Shown here piece after piece: positions 10,601 to 24,176 of a DNA stretch of 64,000 nucleotides. The stretch covers positions 186,001-250,000 of the forward strand of contig JALMLS010000418.1 of NCBI GenBank assembly GCA_038496445.1, given 5' to 3'. The stretch is from Trichosphaerium sp. ATCC 40318. Its lineage: Eukaryota > Protista > Tubulinea. The position numbers and the translations under genes are program-made. Position 1 is the first letter of the stretch; each line of letters starts with the position of its first letter. The notes under the pieces are model-generated. The model saw nothing but the letters and a program-made list of their open reading frames with translations. It did no database searches and was not told where the DNA came from.

Positions 10601-13600
10601 TAAAAAAATGCATAAGGTTTAGATGCTGATTGTAAAGTTGAATAAATATCTGTTGCCCAGTTTCTGAGTCCGTGTGCAGGTATTTTTATTTCTATAGGTA
10701 TTTGTGTAATTGCTGCGGACTTGAGGGGTACTGATTTTGCTAGGGCATGTTCCATAGGAACCAAGAATTCCGAATGGAAACTAAAGAGTATTTAAATTAA
10801 AAAAAGCTAGATTAGTTAAAGTTCTTACTTCTCTGATGTTATATCTTCGCTTAAAATCTTTTCAAGTTCGATCTCAAGGAACACTTGGTTGATACTGTTC
10901 TTTAAGAAATGCCATAATGCTTCAAAGTCAACCTCACCATTGCAGAAGATCTCTACAACTAGCATTTTATTGTCTGATTCTTCAACTTTCTCAACGTTTT
11001 CTTCTTCATCTGTTGTCTACATTCGAAGTAAGCAGAAACACCTTGATAGGTATACTTACTCTTGGTTTCACCTGCATAGGCTCATATAAAGTCTCTAATT
11101 CATCTAGAGGCAACTGGTCCGGCTTTTCTGGTTCTGTAGAGTCTGCAATCCTGAACTCTATAACAGCTATGCCTTGACCAAAGTTGGGTATGTACACGTA
11201 TCTATTTTTAGATTGTGCTGTACCACTGTGTACAAGATAAGTATTACAATTTTGAGAGTTGTTTATAACTCACCGTATATCCCTTGGCATAGGATGATAG
11301 AGTAGGGTGAACTCTCGTGACCCAAAAGCAAATTTTCGTTTGCCCTTTAAAAAAAGTCACTTAATATTTCTTATGGTTACTATTCTTTTCTTACTTGTGG
11401 CTGTTCTTCAGTACTTTCTTCATCAGCGTTAGCACTTGAAGGCCAAGACACTCCAAATATCTTATTTTCAATATCAGGAGCAAATTTGGCGAGCCATAAA
11501 CGCTGTTTAACCAAGTTTTCGCGAAGTAAAAGAATATAAGCTGCTGGTAGAACTCGCTTTGGAATTGCCAAGTTGAATGTATGAGGTAATCTTCCAGGTG
11601 GCTTAAGAAAGGCTAAGCGAGTTAATACAAATCAAATCAAGGTAATAACTAAGTATGATATAGCGTACTAGTATCTGCTTGTGTAAGCATCAAACTTGTA
11701 TTCTTAACCAATCTATTACTGAGTACAGACAGTCCAATACTATCCAGTCTATTCCGTAACATAGTACACAAGCTATCAGTAATCTCTGGTCCAGGAGGTA
11801 CTAAGCCATAAACGTCAAGTGCTATTGTCTTCTAATCAAAAGTGTTAATTGCAAGAACATGTGGTTAGATGCGCACTCCGCTCTCAGGGGCATACAGAAC
11901 CATGTAAAAAACGCTCCCATCGGTTTGACCATATACAAGTAACCTTTTTCTATTCATAACACCAAAGTGAGAGAATACACCACGCTTAAGTTGGAGAATA
12001 GCCTAAAAAATCAAACACGTGAATTTCAAAGAACGAAAAAAAAAATAGAACAATTGTAAGTTGTAAAGGTGCCGTACTTGTTCTGCTGTAACTCGTTCGT
12101 ACATATCAAACTCTGTACTATAAACTTTATCACATGCAAGACTGCCAGGTAATCTTATGCTTATTCTTTTAGGTACACTTGAATCCATTGATGTTTTATC
12201 CTCTTCCTCAGGAACAAGCAGTGGAGAGCACATTCTCGTCTCAGAAAGTTTAGTGAGAAGTGTGTGTTGATTGACACGCTTTACTACTTGCTTCAAGGTA
12301 TTGTATACAGATTCAAACACGGTGTTTGAATGACCTTGGAACTTAGGTGGCGGATGGAAATAAATTGTAACACGTGTTTCTTCGTATTGTAGTATGAGCC
12401 AATAAGGTATCTTGATTGGAAGTTGATTATCTTCAAGTGTTACACTTAGTGATAAATCAGGTGTCTCAGGAGATGAAGATATCAGAGATTCCCTGCCACT
12501 TGTTGAATCATCATGGCGCTGATAAGCCACAAAGAACTTGCCCATCCTTAAGAATCTCATTGGTTTTGATTTAACGAGAATACTCGGGAAGTGCTTTGCA
12601 CCCGCCTAGTAATTTGTTTGTTCGAAGTAACTATTATTGAACTCTTACCTTGTCATCAACAAAGTCCAATCGGAAAGGCTCAGCACGAAGTGCATCAGAA
12701 GGAAGTAGCATGATACGTCTTACAACAACATCAATGACAGCTGGCTTGATAGGTATTGTATAACGCCTGCAACGCAAGGCTTCAATAATCTCCTCAGAAG
12801 CCTAAAGAAAAACAAAATAAGCTAGATGGACATGACGGTCTTGTTATGTACCAATCTTAGAACGGATTTCTTTGTGTTTCCAAGAGCAGTACGCAAATGT
12901 TTTGGTAGCTTTAAATAACTGCTTGGCTCGACTTGTGGGGAATCAGGGGTCATTATACGTCCCAATGAATTAGTACGTGTACTATGTGGTAACATTGTAG
13001 CAACAAAGCGTAGAACTGTCTTTGTAGCAGTACTAGGTACAACACTAGAACGTATAGGTGTTGGCAACAAGCCACTTACTTTAGCGCTGTTCTGGTTATG
13101 ACCATACTCTGTTTTTGTGTCAACATATATACACTCAAGTCTATGAATTATTGTCAGAAGTATGGCTCACAATATCTCTCTAGCATACCTGAGGAACAAA
13201 GGGAACGGGTATACACCATATGGCGTTACTGAATCCAACAGAGCATTCGGTGGATTACGTTGCATGTTCTGAGTATGACTGTTTCTTCTTGTTGATTGTG
13301 GGTCCTGTGATGGCTTCGTAAAGTCTTGATGCCATATCTTGTTATACTCCATGTCTTGCTCTGGATCAGAATCTGATGAATCAGCGCCCTCCTTTAATAA
13401 TACAATTAGCTATAGTACGTGAAACTTTCGCGCTGCCGAGTACCTCCATTTCGTTAGGAATTATTGTTTCCTCCGTTTTAGGCTCAACTGTTTCAACACT
13501 TGAAGGTTGGTATAAGAAATATTCTTCTGTGCCACTGACACGTTTAAAATACTGACTCAAACACTCTGAAAAGCGCTGTTGTATCCTTTCATCACATCTA

Positions 13601-16600
13601 AAAGGCTAAGTATGAGTACACCATCTATAGGGTGGAAAACAGTACTCATTGGCATCATCCATCTCCATTGTTTTTGATGTCTTTGCTAGAATACGAAAGA
13701 ACTGTGATACATCAACCTCCATAACATGAAGTTGAGCATTATTAACTATTTTATGAAAATGCTCTGGTAAAACAGCACGATCATTTCTAAGAATCGTGTA
13801 CGCTGCTTTAGTCAATCCGCACTCATAATCCTTCCTCACAACTTCCAAGAAATCCTTTGTAAGATAAGATATATCGGGAGTAGAACGACGTGGGCTTCTA
13901 GGTGGTATTTGTTCTTGTTCCTATACACATTGTTAGGCTAATTATTGAGTTCTTGGAATGTCAACGTACAGTGTTTGAAAGACTTAGAAGTAATTTGCTG
14001 GAAAGAAGATATGAGTAAGAATATTGTTTAGAATTGGTTTCAAGTGGTTACCATTTTTCTTGAGGAGCTGATATCATTGCTCTATCACACTCGTAAAATG
14101 ATATCCTTAATTTATCTTTTTCATCACCGATGCAGTGAACAAATGTTAAAACAATTTGAGATTGACCTACATCTTTGGCAAAGCAAGGAATTCTATTAAA
14201 CCAAAGGTATTAGACTTGAGAATATATCAAGGTGTTTAATGTACCCGGTTAAAGCTTCATCAGTTGCTGTATTGTTAACTTTGTGATCAGACCTCAAAGT
14301 AAGAAAATGTACAAGTGTGTTATGAATAAGCTCAGCTGGACAAGCTTCTACAGAGTCTTCTTCAGCCTTAGGTACTAATTCAAATATCCAATATTCTTCT
14401 ACTCTTCTTTTGGCTTCATCTAAGAGTCCTTGAAGAATAAAATTTGGAGGCTAAGAAAGTATCAATGCAAAGTCTGTTAAAGATTCTTGTTGTACCATGA
14501 ATGTAACATGTTCCGGCAACAAGGAGAGATCATGGTCATCAACAGCGTTTTCAAACTCAGTTAAGGTAGCATGAGGATTCAACATTATATTAAGCTTATC
14601 AAAAGTAGATAATGATGTAATAACGTGAAAGTCTATATCGTGAAGTAATTTCTTCATTTCAAAAAAAAGTTCTTCCTAAACAATTGGATGAAGTAAGTAT
14701 AAAACTATTTCCTTAACTTCTGTGTGCGCACATCAGCATCTATTATTTTACCATTAAACTCACATGAACCTGCTTGAGGATCCATCCAAATTTCAGTCAT
14801 CAAGTAGTCTCCAATTGTAGTAACCTTGGTTTTGGTTCGATTAGTAAAAACTCAGAATTTTCTTATATAACGGTGTAACGCACAATGTACTGCACAGTAG
14901 CTTTGAAAGAATCATCCAATAAGCTCACTTCAAGAAAGAATACATGAACACCTTGTTTATCACTTATAAAATGAAATCCTTCCTCTAATCTAGCCTTTAC
15001 AAGCTGATCCAACGCAGACTGCCGAGTATAACTTGCTTCAACATGCCATATCCATCTACACAACAATTTAATGTGATAAGCCTTGACTTCCGATAGGAGA
15101 GTACCTGTGGTGTTTCATATAATCCTTTAGAAGCTTGAAATCCGGAGTGAGTTCTGCAAGGTTCTATTTTTTGATTGTTAGGCAAACATTTTAGAGTTAT
15201 TGGGATCGTACTCTGAAAACTTCGTTATCATGTGTTGAAGTACGTGCACCAAGATCTTTATGTCCTGTCAAGAAAGAATTGTCATACTTAATCAGAGACG
15301 ACTTCAAGCTCTTATTACATTCGAGAGCGACTTGTCTCTAAAACCAACAAGTTAAGTTTACATTTGGGTGTTTTATGTTCAAAGTAGCCTTACACCATTG
15401 TATCGAAGTGACGAAATACCAAGTGTTAGGCTAGTAACTGTTTCCCTCCTCATGGAGCTTGAGCAATTAAAAAAGTAGCAATTAACATGTGCAATGTTTC
15501 CTGTATCAAAGGAAAGCCGTAGCAAGCAGAAAGAAGTTATATCTTGGCTGTCAAGAGAGTCATCATAAAAGAATCTAAAGAAAAAAGAAATGTGAATAAA
15601 CCAGACGCCTTTGTAAAGATCTTACTTCACAAAGAAGCAAGTTGATCTACTTGTGTAAGTAAACTTTGCCCATGATGTTAAGTAATCATCAACAAGTTTC
15701 TTAGCACGTTTATGTTCAAATCGGTTAGTGTCAAAGGCTTGCATAGTATCAAAGAGTTCATTACTACCAGCTAAAAATACAAGTTTAGAAGGACTAAAAA
15801 CGCTATAGACAAAAATCATTAGAAGCGCACCTGAAGGTTTGTCTAACGATAATATGAACGCTATACGTTCCAATTTAAACCATTTTGTCCAACCAGCATT
15901 TCCAAGGCCAGAAACCATCTTCCAAAAAGGCTTACCAGCATCACCAATGCCAATCTAATAACATTAAGCTTAAACAAGTCACTTCTTAGTATTACAGAAG
16001 AGACGCACTTCATCATCATAAACACGGTATGAAGTCAAAGAACATAGTAAACGATCTGTTTCTTGAAGACCAGCCAAGTATTTTTGCAAAGTTGGTTGAA
16101 GGTTAGGATTGCCTCTCTATCAAAGAAACTGTTAGTTTGGCATTGTTTTTTTATTTCAAAAAAAAAAAGTTGAAACATTTCGTACGAATTGTAGGGTAAA
16201 GTAGTTTGTTCCAAGAATGTTTATTCTAATACTTGTGGCCATTCTATCCTTAGCAATAACTGTATATATTATCTTTACATTTGGTTTCCAAGGGAGTACC
16301 AACTGAAACTTTCCTTAAAGTTGAAAATGTTAGAACAAAAAAGAAACTCTAATCATCGTCCTTGTGTACCATTATCAGTTTTATTTAGAACTTTGAAATG
16401 AAACCCCTCACGTACGCGCATATCTATAATTACTTTATACGGTACCTAATAGAACGTGCAGTTAGTTTTAGGTGCTGGAATGTAAAACAGCAAAAAAATA
16501 ATAGCGTACAGAAGGGAGCGTGTAGGCGTCATGAGGAACAGAGAATAAAGCTACAATAGGTGGAGCACCAATGTAAGGATAAGGATAATCTACTTCTTGA

Positions 16601-18138
16601 GTCATAAGTGTATGCGCTAAACGAGAAGGTAAGAATTTGCAATTCCAAACAAGGCTTCATCGTTTACCTTCTTGAGCGTTTTTATCAACTATGTGCTCTG
16701 CTGCAAATCCAGAAAGAGTATGTTTAGGATTAGGAACACATAAGTAATCGCCAGGCTCTGATGATATCTTGGAACAAAGTATTTGCCGTTGTAACTCAGC
16801 TGGGCTTGTTTTGTAGAGACTGCATATAAATCCATTAATAACCTTTGCTTACAGAGTAGTTACGAACCTTACTAAATCATCTAATCCTAGAAGGCTTCCA
16901 AACGTGCTCAACGAGAGGTACTTTAGTTGCTCTAACATATAGGAGGTAAATATACCATTTACTATCTTCAAGTCTCACCTGTATCTGATATGAAACCGAA
17001 AGCGTTATGAGGATCAAGACCATTTCCGATGTGTACTACTGAACAAGAAATACCCTCACAAAGTAGCAAATTCATTAGGTCATATCGATTACTACGGGTT
17101 TGAACACTCATGATACCGTCTGTAATGACTAGGATAAAATTAAGTACAATTCTTTGAAACAGTAGTAAACGACTTACGGACAAGTAATGGTTTAGCATCA
17201 CGTGGTAATTGTTTTAAAGTAAAAGCAGCATTCTTTAGCATTGTGGCAAGATCAGTGTTACTACAGGTTCTAAGGTACATTAGGTGGCATCTCACTAACA
17301 ACCACCTGCTTACCCTTCACTGTAATCAGCTGAGAATGCAGTCATCAATCTATTTAATTTTACTTTGATTTGTTTTAACACCTCACGAGCGTTTTCTTTT
17401 GTGACCTTAACACCATGTACCAATACTGTAAACTTTGATGAACGTGGTGTAGTCTTTGTAGAAGCTTTGTTACTCTGACTAACGATTGATAAACAAAACT
17501 CTGGAGTAGCCTATAATAACAAACAGTTACGGAAAGCTCTTGAGAAAATGACTGGCATCTAACCTGATAACTAGAATCACCAAACGTCATTGGTTCTGTT
17601 ATGGAGAGTACATAAGACTCTATTGCCGAATAAAACTGTGAAAAAGTAACATTGTGTCTGCCAAGGTCCAACATGGCCATGAAAGGCGACATGTCTAAGC
17701 AAAATACGATGCTTGAATAACTGTTAATCGAGGTTGTGGACTATAAGACGCGTACCAATAGTCAGAAGAGATACATTCAATTTTAGTGTGAATGTCAATC
17801 TGGCACTTTGCTAAGTCGACTGGTGGGCGAGTTTCTGTTGTAGTGACGCGTAAAAGAGCATCTACTTTGTCGTTTGAAGCTCCATCATCTTGTTCGGTTT
17901 GAAACAAGTGCAATACGTTCCCGTTAGACTCACCACATATGGGAATAAAGCCAGAGAATGGTTGCTGTGGTTTTACGTTAGTTGGAAACAAATTGCTTTT
18001 CAGAAGCCAGCAATATCGCTTGACGTGTACCTCTGCTAGATTTGACAGCGTCTGAAGGTGCCATGGGTTTACTTCACGGTTAATGCCAGGAGGCTTCAAT
18101 ACCACTAAGGACTCAAGGTAACGTTCTGAATTGTCCAT
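7627..18138 (-). CDS. SZT2: SZT2 (KICSTOR scaffold) homologue, many exons
   Basis: SZT2-type motifs ITDGIMSV...LLCEGISCSVVHIG...FGFISD, DMRVREGFHF...LVLPWKPNVKIIY, RLEEGFHF, and VKRVNQHTLLTKLSETRMCSPLLVP; 10.5 kb size; ATG at 18138, TAA at 7627. Confidence 0.85.
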
Positions 18139-18292
18139 TTTCCCCGTTTTTGCAAGCGTTCATTCTGTTGTTAAAAAGAAAGTTACACTCGTTAGCAAAC
18201 ACCGTTGATGATACGCTCAAAGTGAGAAATACGCGAAATACTACCATCCATGACTTTATTGTACCACTTTTAGTTACATTTGACATTTGTAC

Positions 18293-21200
18293 ATGGCAAA
18301 CGCACCGCCACCTCCTCCTCCGCCACCTACTGGCATTCCAGCGCCGCCACCTGTACTATCAGCCCCAAAACTTGGTGGCAAAGTACAATCGCTTGGGTTC
18401 GACACAATTGTAGTCACTTTTTGTGCTACGCACTGGTTATACATTTCTAATGATGATTAGAGCTTTACTGACCCAGAGGAAAAAGAAAGCAGAGTCTTCT
18501 TCAACGGCCTCTGAATTATGGCGGTTTAACCAATACTTTCAAGAAAAATCAGATGCAGGGTTCGTTGGTTTATCAAACCAAGGTAAAACTGGTTGATACA
18601 CAAGAGAGCTCTTATTCTGACACATTTTAGGCGCTACATGCTATCTAAATAGCTTGATTCAGACTCTATTCTTAACACCTGATTTTCGTAACGCCATGTA
18701 CGTTAAAAAGAAGGTTTTTAGAAGTTGTTTCACTGATTTTTGAAAAAAAAAAGCTATAACTGGCGTTATTCGGCAGAGGACGATGGAGTACGTGAGAGAT
18801 GTATTCCTCTACAAATACAGCTACTATTTGCACGTCTACAGATTGGAGAATGCTCTGTTGTACAGACAAAAGATTTAACAAAGTGTGTACCTTCTTCTTT
18901 TCTTGTTTTTTTTTAAAAAGTACTAAAGGTGTTCAATAGGAGCTTTGGGTGGAATAGTGGACAACAAGTACCCTGGTGTTATTGGTGTTCAACGGGCTTA
19001 TTGTGTCGTTTAGTTTCAACAACATGACGTCCAAGAACTGACACGTGTATTATTTAGTGCTCTTGAACTCACATTTACACGTGGAGGTGCTATAACAGTG
19101 CCGTAAGAAATTAGTTTTATAAATTGCTCATTCTTCGTACTAGTGATCTTTTTACAAATAAGTATCGTGGCATGCTTGTGGATTACCTCCGCTGCGAAGA
19201 ATGCTCTTACTTTAGGAAACGAAAGGAGATATTCATGGACTTGAACTTGGTACAAAATCACAAAAACTAAGCTTCAAGAACTTACATACACACTTAGCGG
19301 ATAAGAGATGTTTCTTCGCTAGAACAAGCTATAATGGCTTACATTACACCTGATTTACTTGATGGAAGTAATCAATACTTTTGTGAGACATGCCAGAAGA
19401 AATCAGACGCAAAAAAAGGATACATGATAACAGAATTACCTGATGTTTTAACATTCCAATTGATGCGCTTTGATTTCGATTATACAACCATGCGTCGTAT
19501 CAAGCTTAATAACAAGGTTTCTTTCCCTTTTGAACTTAACATGGCTCCATTTTTGGGCAGAGCGAATGATGCAGAGACTGCAGAGTCACAGCAAGACGTA
19601 CAGCTACAAATAAATATGCACCAAAACTTTCTATTTAACTCCTTTTTAGGATCAAATTTATGAGTTATTTTCTGTATTAGTACATTCAGGCGGTGCTATG
19701 GGTACATATCAAGTGCTTTTCTAAGTAAATCCGAAATCTTATTATTTTCTAGGTGGTCATTACTACGCTTTTATTCGAGACTTATCGACAAATAAATGGA
19801 TTAAGTTCAATGATGCATCGAGTACGTAAGTCCCCCAGAATTCTTCTAATACTTGACTAGTATCTTCTGTAAGTAGTGAAGCTATAGAAGCCATGTATGG
19901 TGGCCCACCACAGCAAAAAGAGAAGGAAGGAAAACCAGGATCGGAAAAAGACACGAAAACTGCAGATGATGCTAAACCTACACCTCCAAAACCCAAACCA
20001 CTTAACACAAGCTCGTTTTCAACAAACGCTTACATGTTAGGTATACAACAAAACAAAAGATACCAATTCTCGTTAAAAAATAACTCCAACACTTTAGTTT
20101 ACCGTAAAAAACAACCTGGTGTCATCTTTGAAGATAAACCACTACCTGACTATATAACAGAGGTACTATAAAAGCAGTTTTTGAAATGGTTTGGTCATAT
20201 TTTTCACATGAGCTTTTTTGCAATGAATTAGCACACGTGATAAATAGATACTAACCTATTTTTAGACAATCAAAAAAGAGAATGAAGATTTTCAAGCCTC
20301 TAAGGCTGAGTATATACGTAAACGTGATAACAGATTGATTATAATATGGATTGATGATAAAACAACTATTGAAGTTAACCTTGATAAGAGTGAAACATTA
20401 GAAACAACAAACAAGAAAGCACTTGAAGCATTTATTGAAAAAACTAAAAATGACTCGTTGTCAATTGAACAAATACGTTTACGTCGTTACAACCCTAGAA
20501 CGGGCACAAAGGTACTTTGTTTTGTGGTTTAGTAATTTTTTTTGCTAACATACAATGCACCAGAGCCAACCTTGGACGATTGAAGATAACGCTTTATCTC
20601 TTGATAAACTAAAGTTTTCACCAAAAGTTGATTTATTTTTGGAAACACGTGAACCAGGCACTGATTGGCCTAAAGTAGAATCAAAGGTATTATTCATTTT
20701 AACCGATTACCAGTGATGTGTATAAGCCGTGGTTTGTATTAATTTAACTTATCTAGATCGCTGTAAATGTTGTTCTAGCAACACCAGAAGTTCTAGATGA
20801 AGATTTCCCTGAAGCTATTAAATCCAATCTATCTCAAGACCTTGATGTCAAAGAACTTAGAAATTACTTATCTAAAACACATAGTATCCCATCAGAAAAT
20901 CTCTTAATCATTAAGGTACACATCGTACAACTTGTAGTCACATTCGAACTTGAATCCTTCTTCAATTTTTTCACAGAATGATTTTAAACAAAATTGTAGG
21001 CTGAAGCTGATGGCACAACGCGTGTTGTCGATGATGATAGTAAAAAAATGTCTGAATACGGTATTGTTGATGGTACCACTATACACATCGAAGCATGCTC
21101 TAAAGAAAACGCTGAGAAGTGCATTATTGTCAAGAAATTTGAGGAAGAAAAACATAAGATTACAGTCTCTTTTAACAAGCCTGGTGAGAGAGATCAAGAT

Positions 21201-22572
21201 CAGGAAGTATTCTTAGATAAAAGAAAGCCTATAAGGATACTCAAAGAAAAGATATCAAAAGTCATTAGTGTCCCTACAACCGAGTTTATTTTAATGCACA
21301 GTCAGCTTGGCAAAATTTATAGAAATGAAGAGTTGTCACTTTCTGATGCGAAGATTGGTTTTGATGGCGCTGCTGTGTTTGTTAAATTAGGTATGAACCA
21401 AAACAAGTCACTACAACGTCAATAGTACTCAACTTATTTCGTCTGTAGGACAACCAACAGGAGCAAAGGGTATTAAGTTAAAGATCTATAAATGTAATCA
21501 AGAAACACTTGTTTTCGAATCTTTATTCGATCTCATCGTGGACTATCATACTCCCGTGTCTCAAATACGTTCTCTCATATTAGAAAAATCAGAAGGACTA
21601 AAGGAAGGCCTCTTCAGGTCCGTCAAACCCTCGCAAAGACCAAAATTCTCTGAGACTTTTCACCACCTCATTTCCTTTTTTTCGCTTAAATTGTGCTGCT
21701 AGGTTACGTGTTCCGAAATCTGGAAGATTAGGAAAGATCCTATTCGATGGACAAACCCTCAAAGAGAGTATCAGAATGATTGGATCTAAACAAACTCAGC
21801 CAATCATAATACAAGAGCTTGAAGAACCGGAAGTATTAGACCCAAATCAAGTCATTCTTAATGTTCAACAATGGTACTATTAAAACAGTCTGCTTTTGCA
21901 CTTGTGTCGTATGGTACCTATTTATGTCTAATGTTTGATTTTAGGTTTCCTGATGAACAAAGAATAGCATCCAAGCCAGTTGAGATGAAGTTAGCACGTT
22001 CGTGTACTGGTTCTTTGCTTAAACTTGAGTTGACAATAATAGCGGATATTCCACTGTAAGGTTTTTCTTTCTTCTTTATTTGCGACTTACAACATACTCT
22101 AGGGCGTATGTTGCAATTGCCAAAGGATTGCCATACCTTCTAAAAGACCCAGAAAAAATAGCTGAATGTAATTGGTACGTTATTATTTTTTAGAAGTTTT
22201 CGTTGTAAGTTCATTGATTGGAATATAGGGATGTTCGAGATGATATTGTTTTAACTGGATCTCCTTGGTATCTTGTAGATGGCGATGTGATATTTTTTAA
22301 AGGTGCGTATACGACTAGGAGGTGTAATTTCAGCTTTTTGTTGCCAGTTGGGTTTTTTGTTTAAGTGATTTATTGTTTTAGATTTGCGTGTTCCAGAAGT
22401 AAGAAAAGAAGGTACAGATACATCTAAAGGAGGTAGAACAGTTCATAGAGCAAGAGAACAAGCCCTTAAGATTTATACAATGTATGATCGTGAGTATAGA
22501 TTCGATGACGAAGAAAATGAGAATACTGCTGAAGAAACAAATAAGTCTACAAATGACGAGCCAGAAAAATGA
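18293..22572 (+). CDS. USP47: Ubiquitin carboxyl-terminal hydrolase, USP47/USP40-like
   Basis: Cys box [19 protein letters not shown]; QQHDVQEL; His box [22 protein letters not shown]...WIKFND; C-terminal UBL-like region ending REQALKIY (USP47-like); proline-rich N-terminus. Confidence 0.85.
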
Positions 22573-22899
22573 TCAAAGTAGACATGCTTAGTTGTAAAAA
22601 AAAAAAAATAAACCGAATCGGTTTTTTAGTAATTGATAGCTGCAGCATTTCGGTTAGAAAGTTTAAAGTTGCTCCAGAGCAATCCTGTGGTATTTCAACC
22701 GAATTAACTCAGTGTGGAAGACTAGTTCTGCTTTATAGCTCCCGCAGTTGACGGTAGCGTATTCTTAGATTTCAAGCGTGTTCCAACAGGAGAATTTGAG
22801 CGTTTAAACGATGGTTCAATGAATACGACAAGTTTGTGTTTACCACAACAATTGAATAGAACACATCACTACGCCACTCAGTCACTTAGCCTTTAATTT

Positions 22900-23418
22900 A
22901 TGTCCAAGCCAGCAAAAAAAGGCACTAAGAGAAAAGCTACTAGCAAAAAACAACCGAAACGCATAGCAAAACGCGCTAAGAAAGGCAAAGGCAAAGGCAA
23001 AGGAAAGGGGTACAAGGGATACTCGTATGAGGAAAACCTTGAAGAGCAAGTAGATAGTGGCAATTTAATTCTTGCTACACTCGACATGGGCGGTTATGGC
23101 GCTGAAGTATATTGTATGCGCGCTTTTACAAAAGAAACATTCGAAACGTTACAACAAGCGCCGGAAGACGATGAAATACCAAATGAAGCATTAGGTGGAC
23201 GCACTTCAGATCCCTGGGCGACAGTTGGGTGCGTTTTTCAACAAAACGAAGTTATGGGACCTTTTTAACGCGTATTTAGGCAAATAATGGACAACATTGA
23301 AACCTCTGAAGATATAGAAGACTTGCGCGCCTTTTTTCGGTTGGCAAAGGATAAACCATTTCTTGGCAACACAGACATCTTTGAAATGATCTACAACTAC
23401 GCTACAGGCAATTACTAA
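22900..23418 (+). CDS. Hypothetical protein with a Lys-rich N-terminus (KGKGKGKGKG), two exons
   Basis: An intron GTGCGT...TTTAG (~23229-23279) joins WATVG to QIMDNIETSEDIEDLRAFF...GNY*, extending the ORF-track call. Confidence 0.65.
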
Positions 23419-24176
23419 TAGAAAAATAACCAATTTGCAGTCAAATTTCACAAAGTAAAAAAAAAATGGGAAAGTTCTTCCCACTTTTTTTTTGATGTCC
23501 ATGCTTGTATGTACAAGAGGAGTTCTGATTTTTTCAACTTCCGGACTGAGAAGAAGATCTCTAACACCTGCTGCAAACATCCAAGATTGTGGATGCATTA
23601 ATGTAACTCTAGTACCGATTTTAGCGTGGTGGTCCTTCGCAATAAACAAATTTAAAAAAAAACATAGTCTCTGTTGTATTAAAGCACTAAGGGTTGACAT
23701 GGAGTCAACGTTACTTTTTTTGGGTACAGTTGAAGTCAGTACAGTATTCAAGCATTAACGATCCTCAAAACAGGTTAAAACCACAGCGCTATGATTAAGG
23801 ATGTACTTCTTTTGACTTGAACAATAGTGTCAAGATTGTTTTCAAGCACAACATGTGTTGTTAAAAGGTGCAATCGCATAAATGATGCAGATCATATTTG
23901 AGTGCACATCAATTCTTCAAACCAAAGCTAGTCACTCATTTGTGTTAACATTGAATTTAATACGACTTTTTGCCTCGTTCAAAAAATTTGTTTTTGGGAC
24001 AACTACAAGGACTGCTAATCGCCGTATCTATCACTCCAAAGGTACCAAAATCTCACACAAACGAAGCTACAGTCATTTCAGCGGCGATTAATACGGTACA
24101 GGTTGGAAATTTCGATCGCATGCGACAAAGCATGTAATACCTCACTATATTTGAAAGAATAAGTAATTCTGGACGT

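Noticed and set aside
23206-23758. Overlapping 181-aa (minus) and 88-aa (plus) ORFs
   Set aside because: No recognisable domain; the minus ORF is partly antisense to the second exon of the 22900 gene; no coherent gene model.
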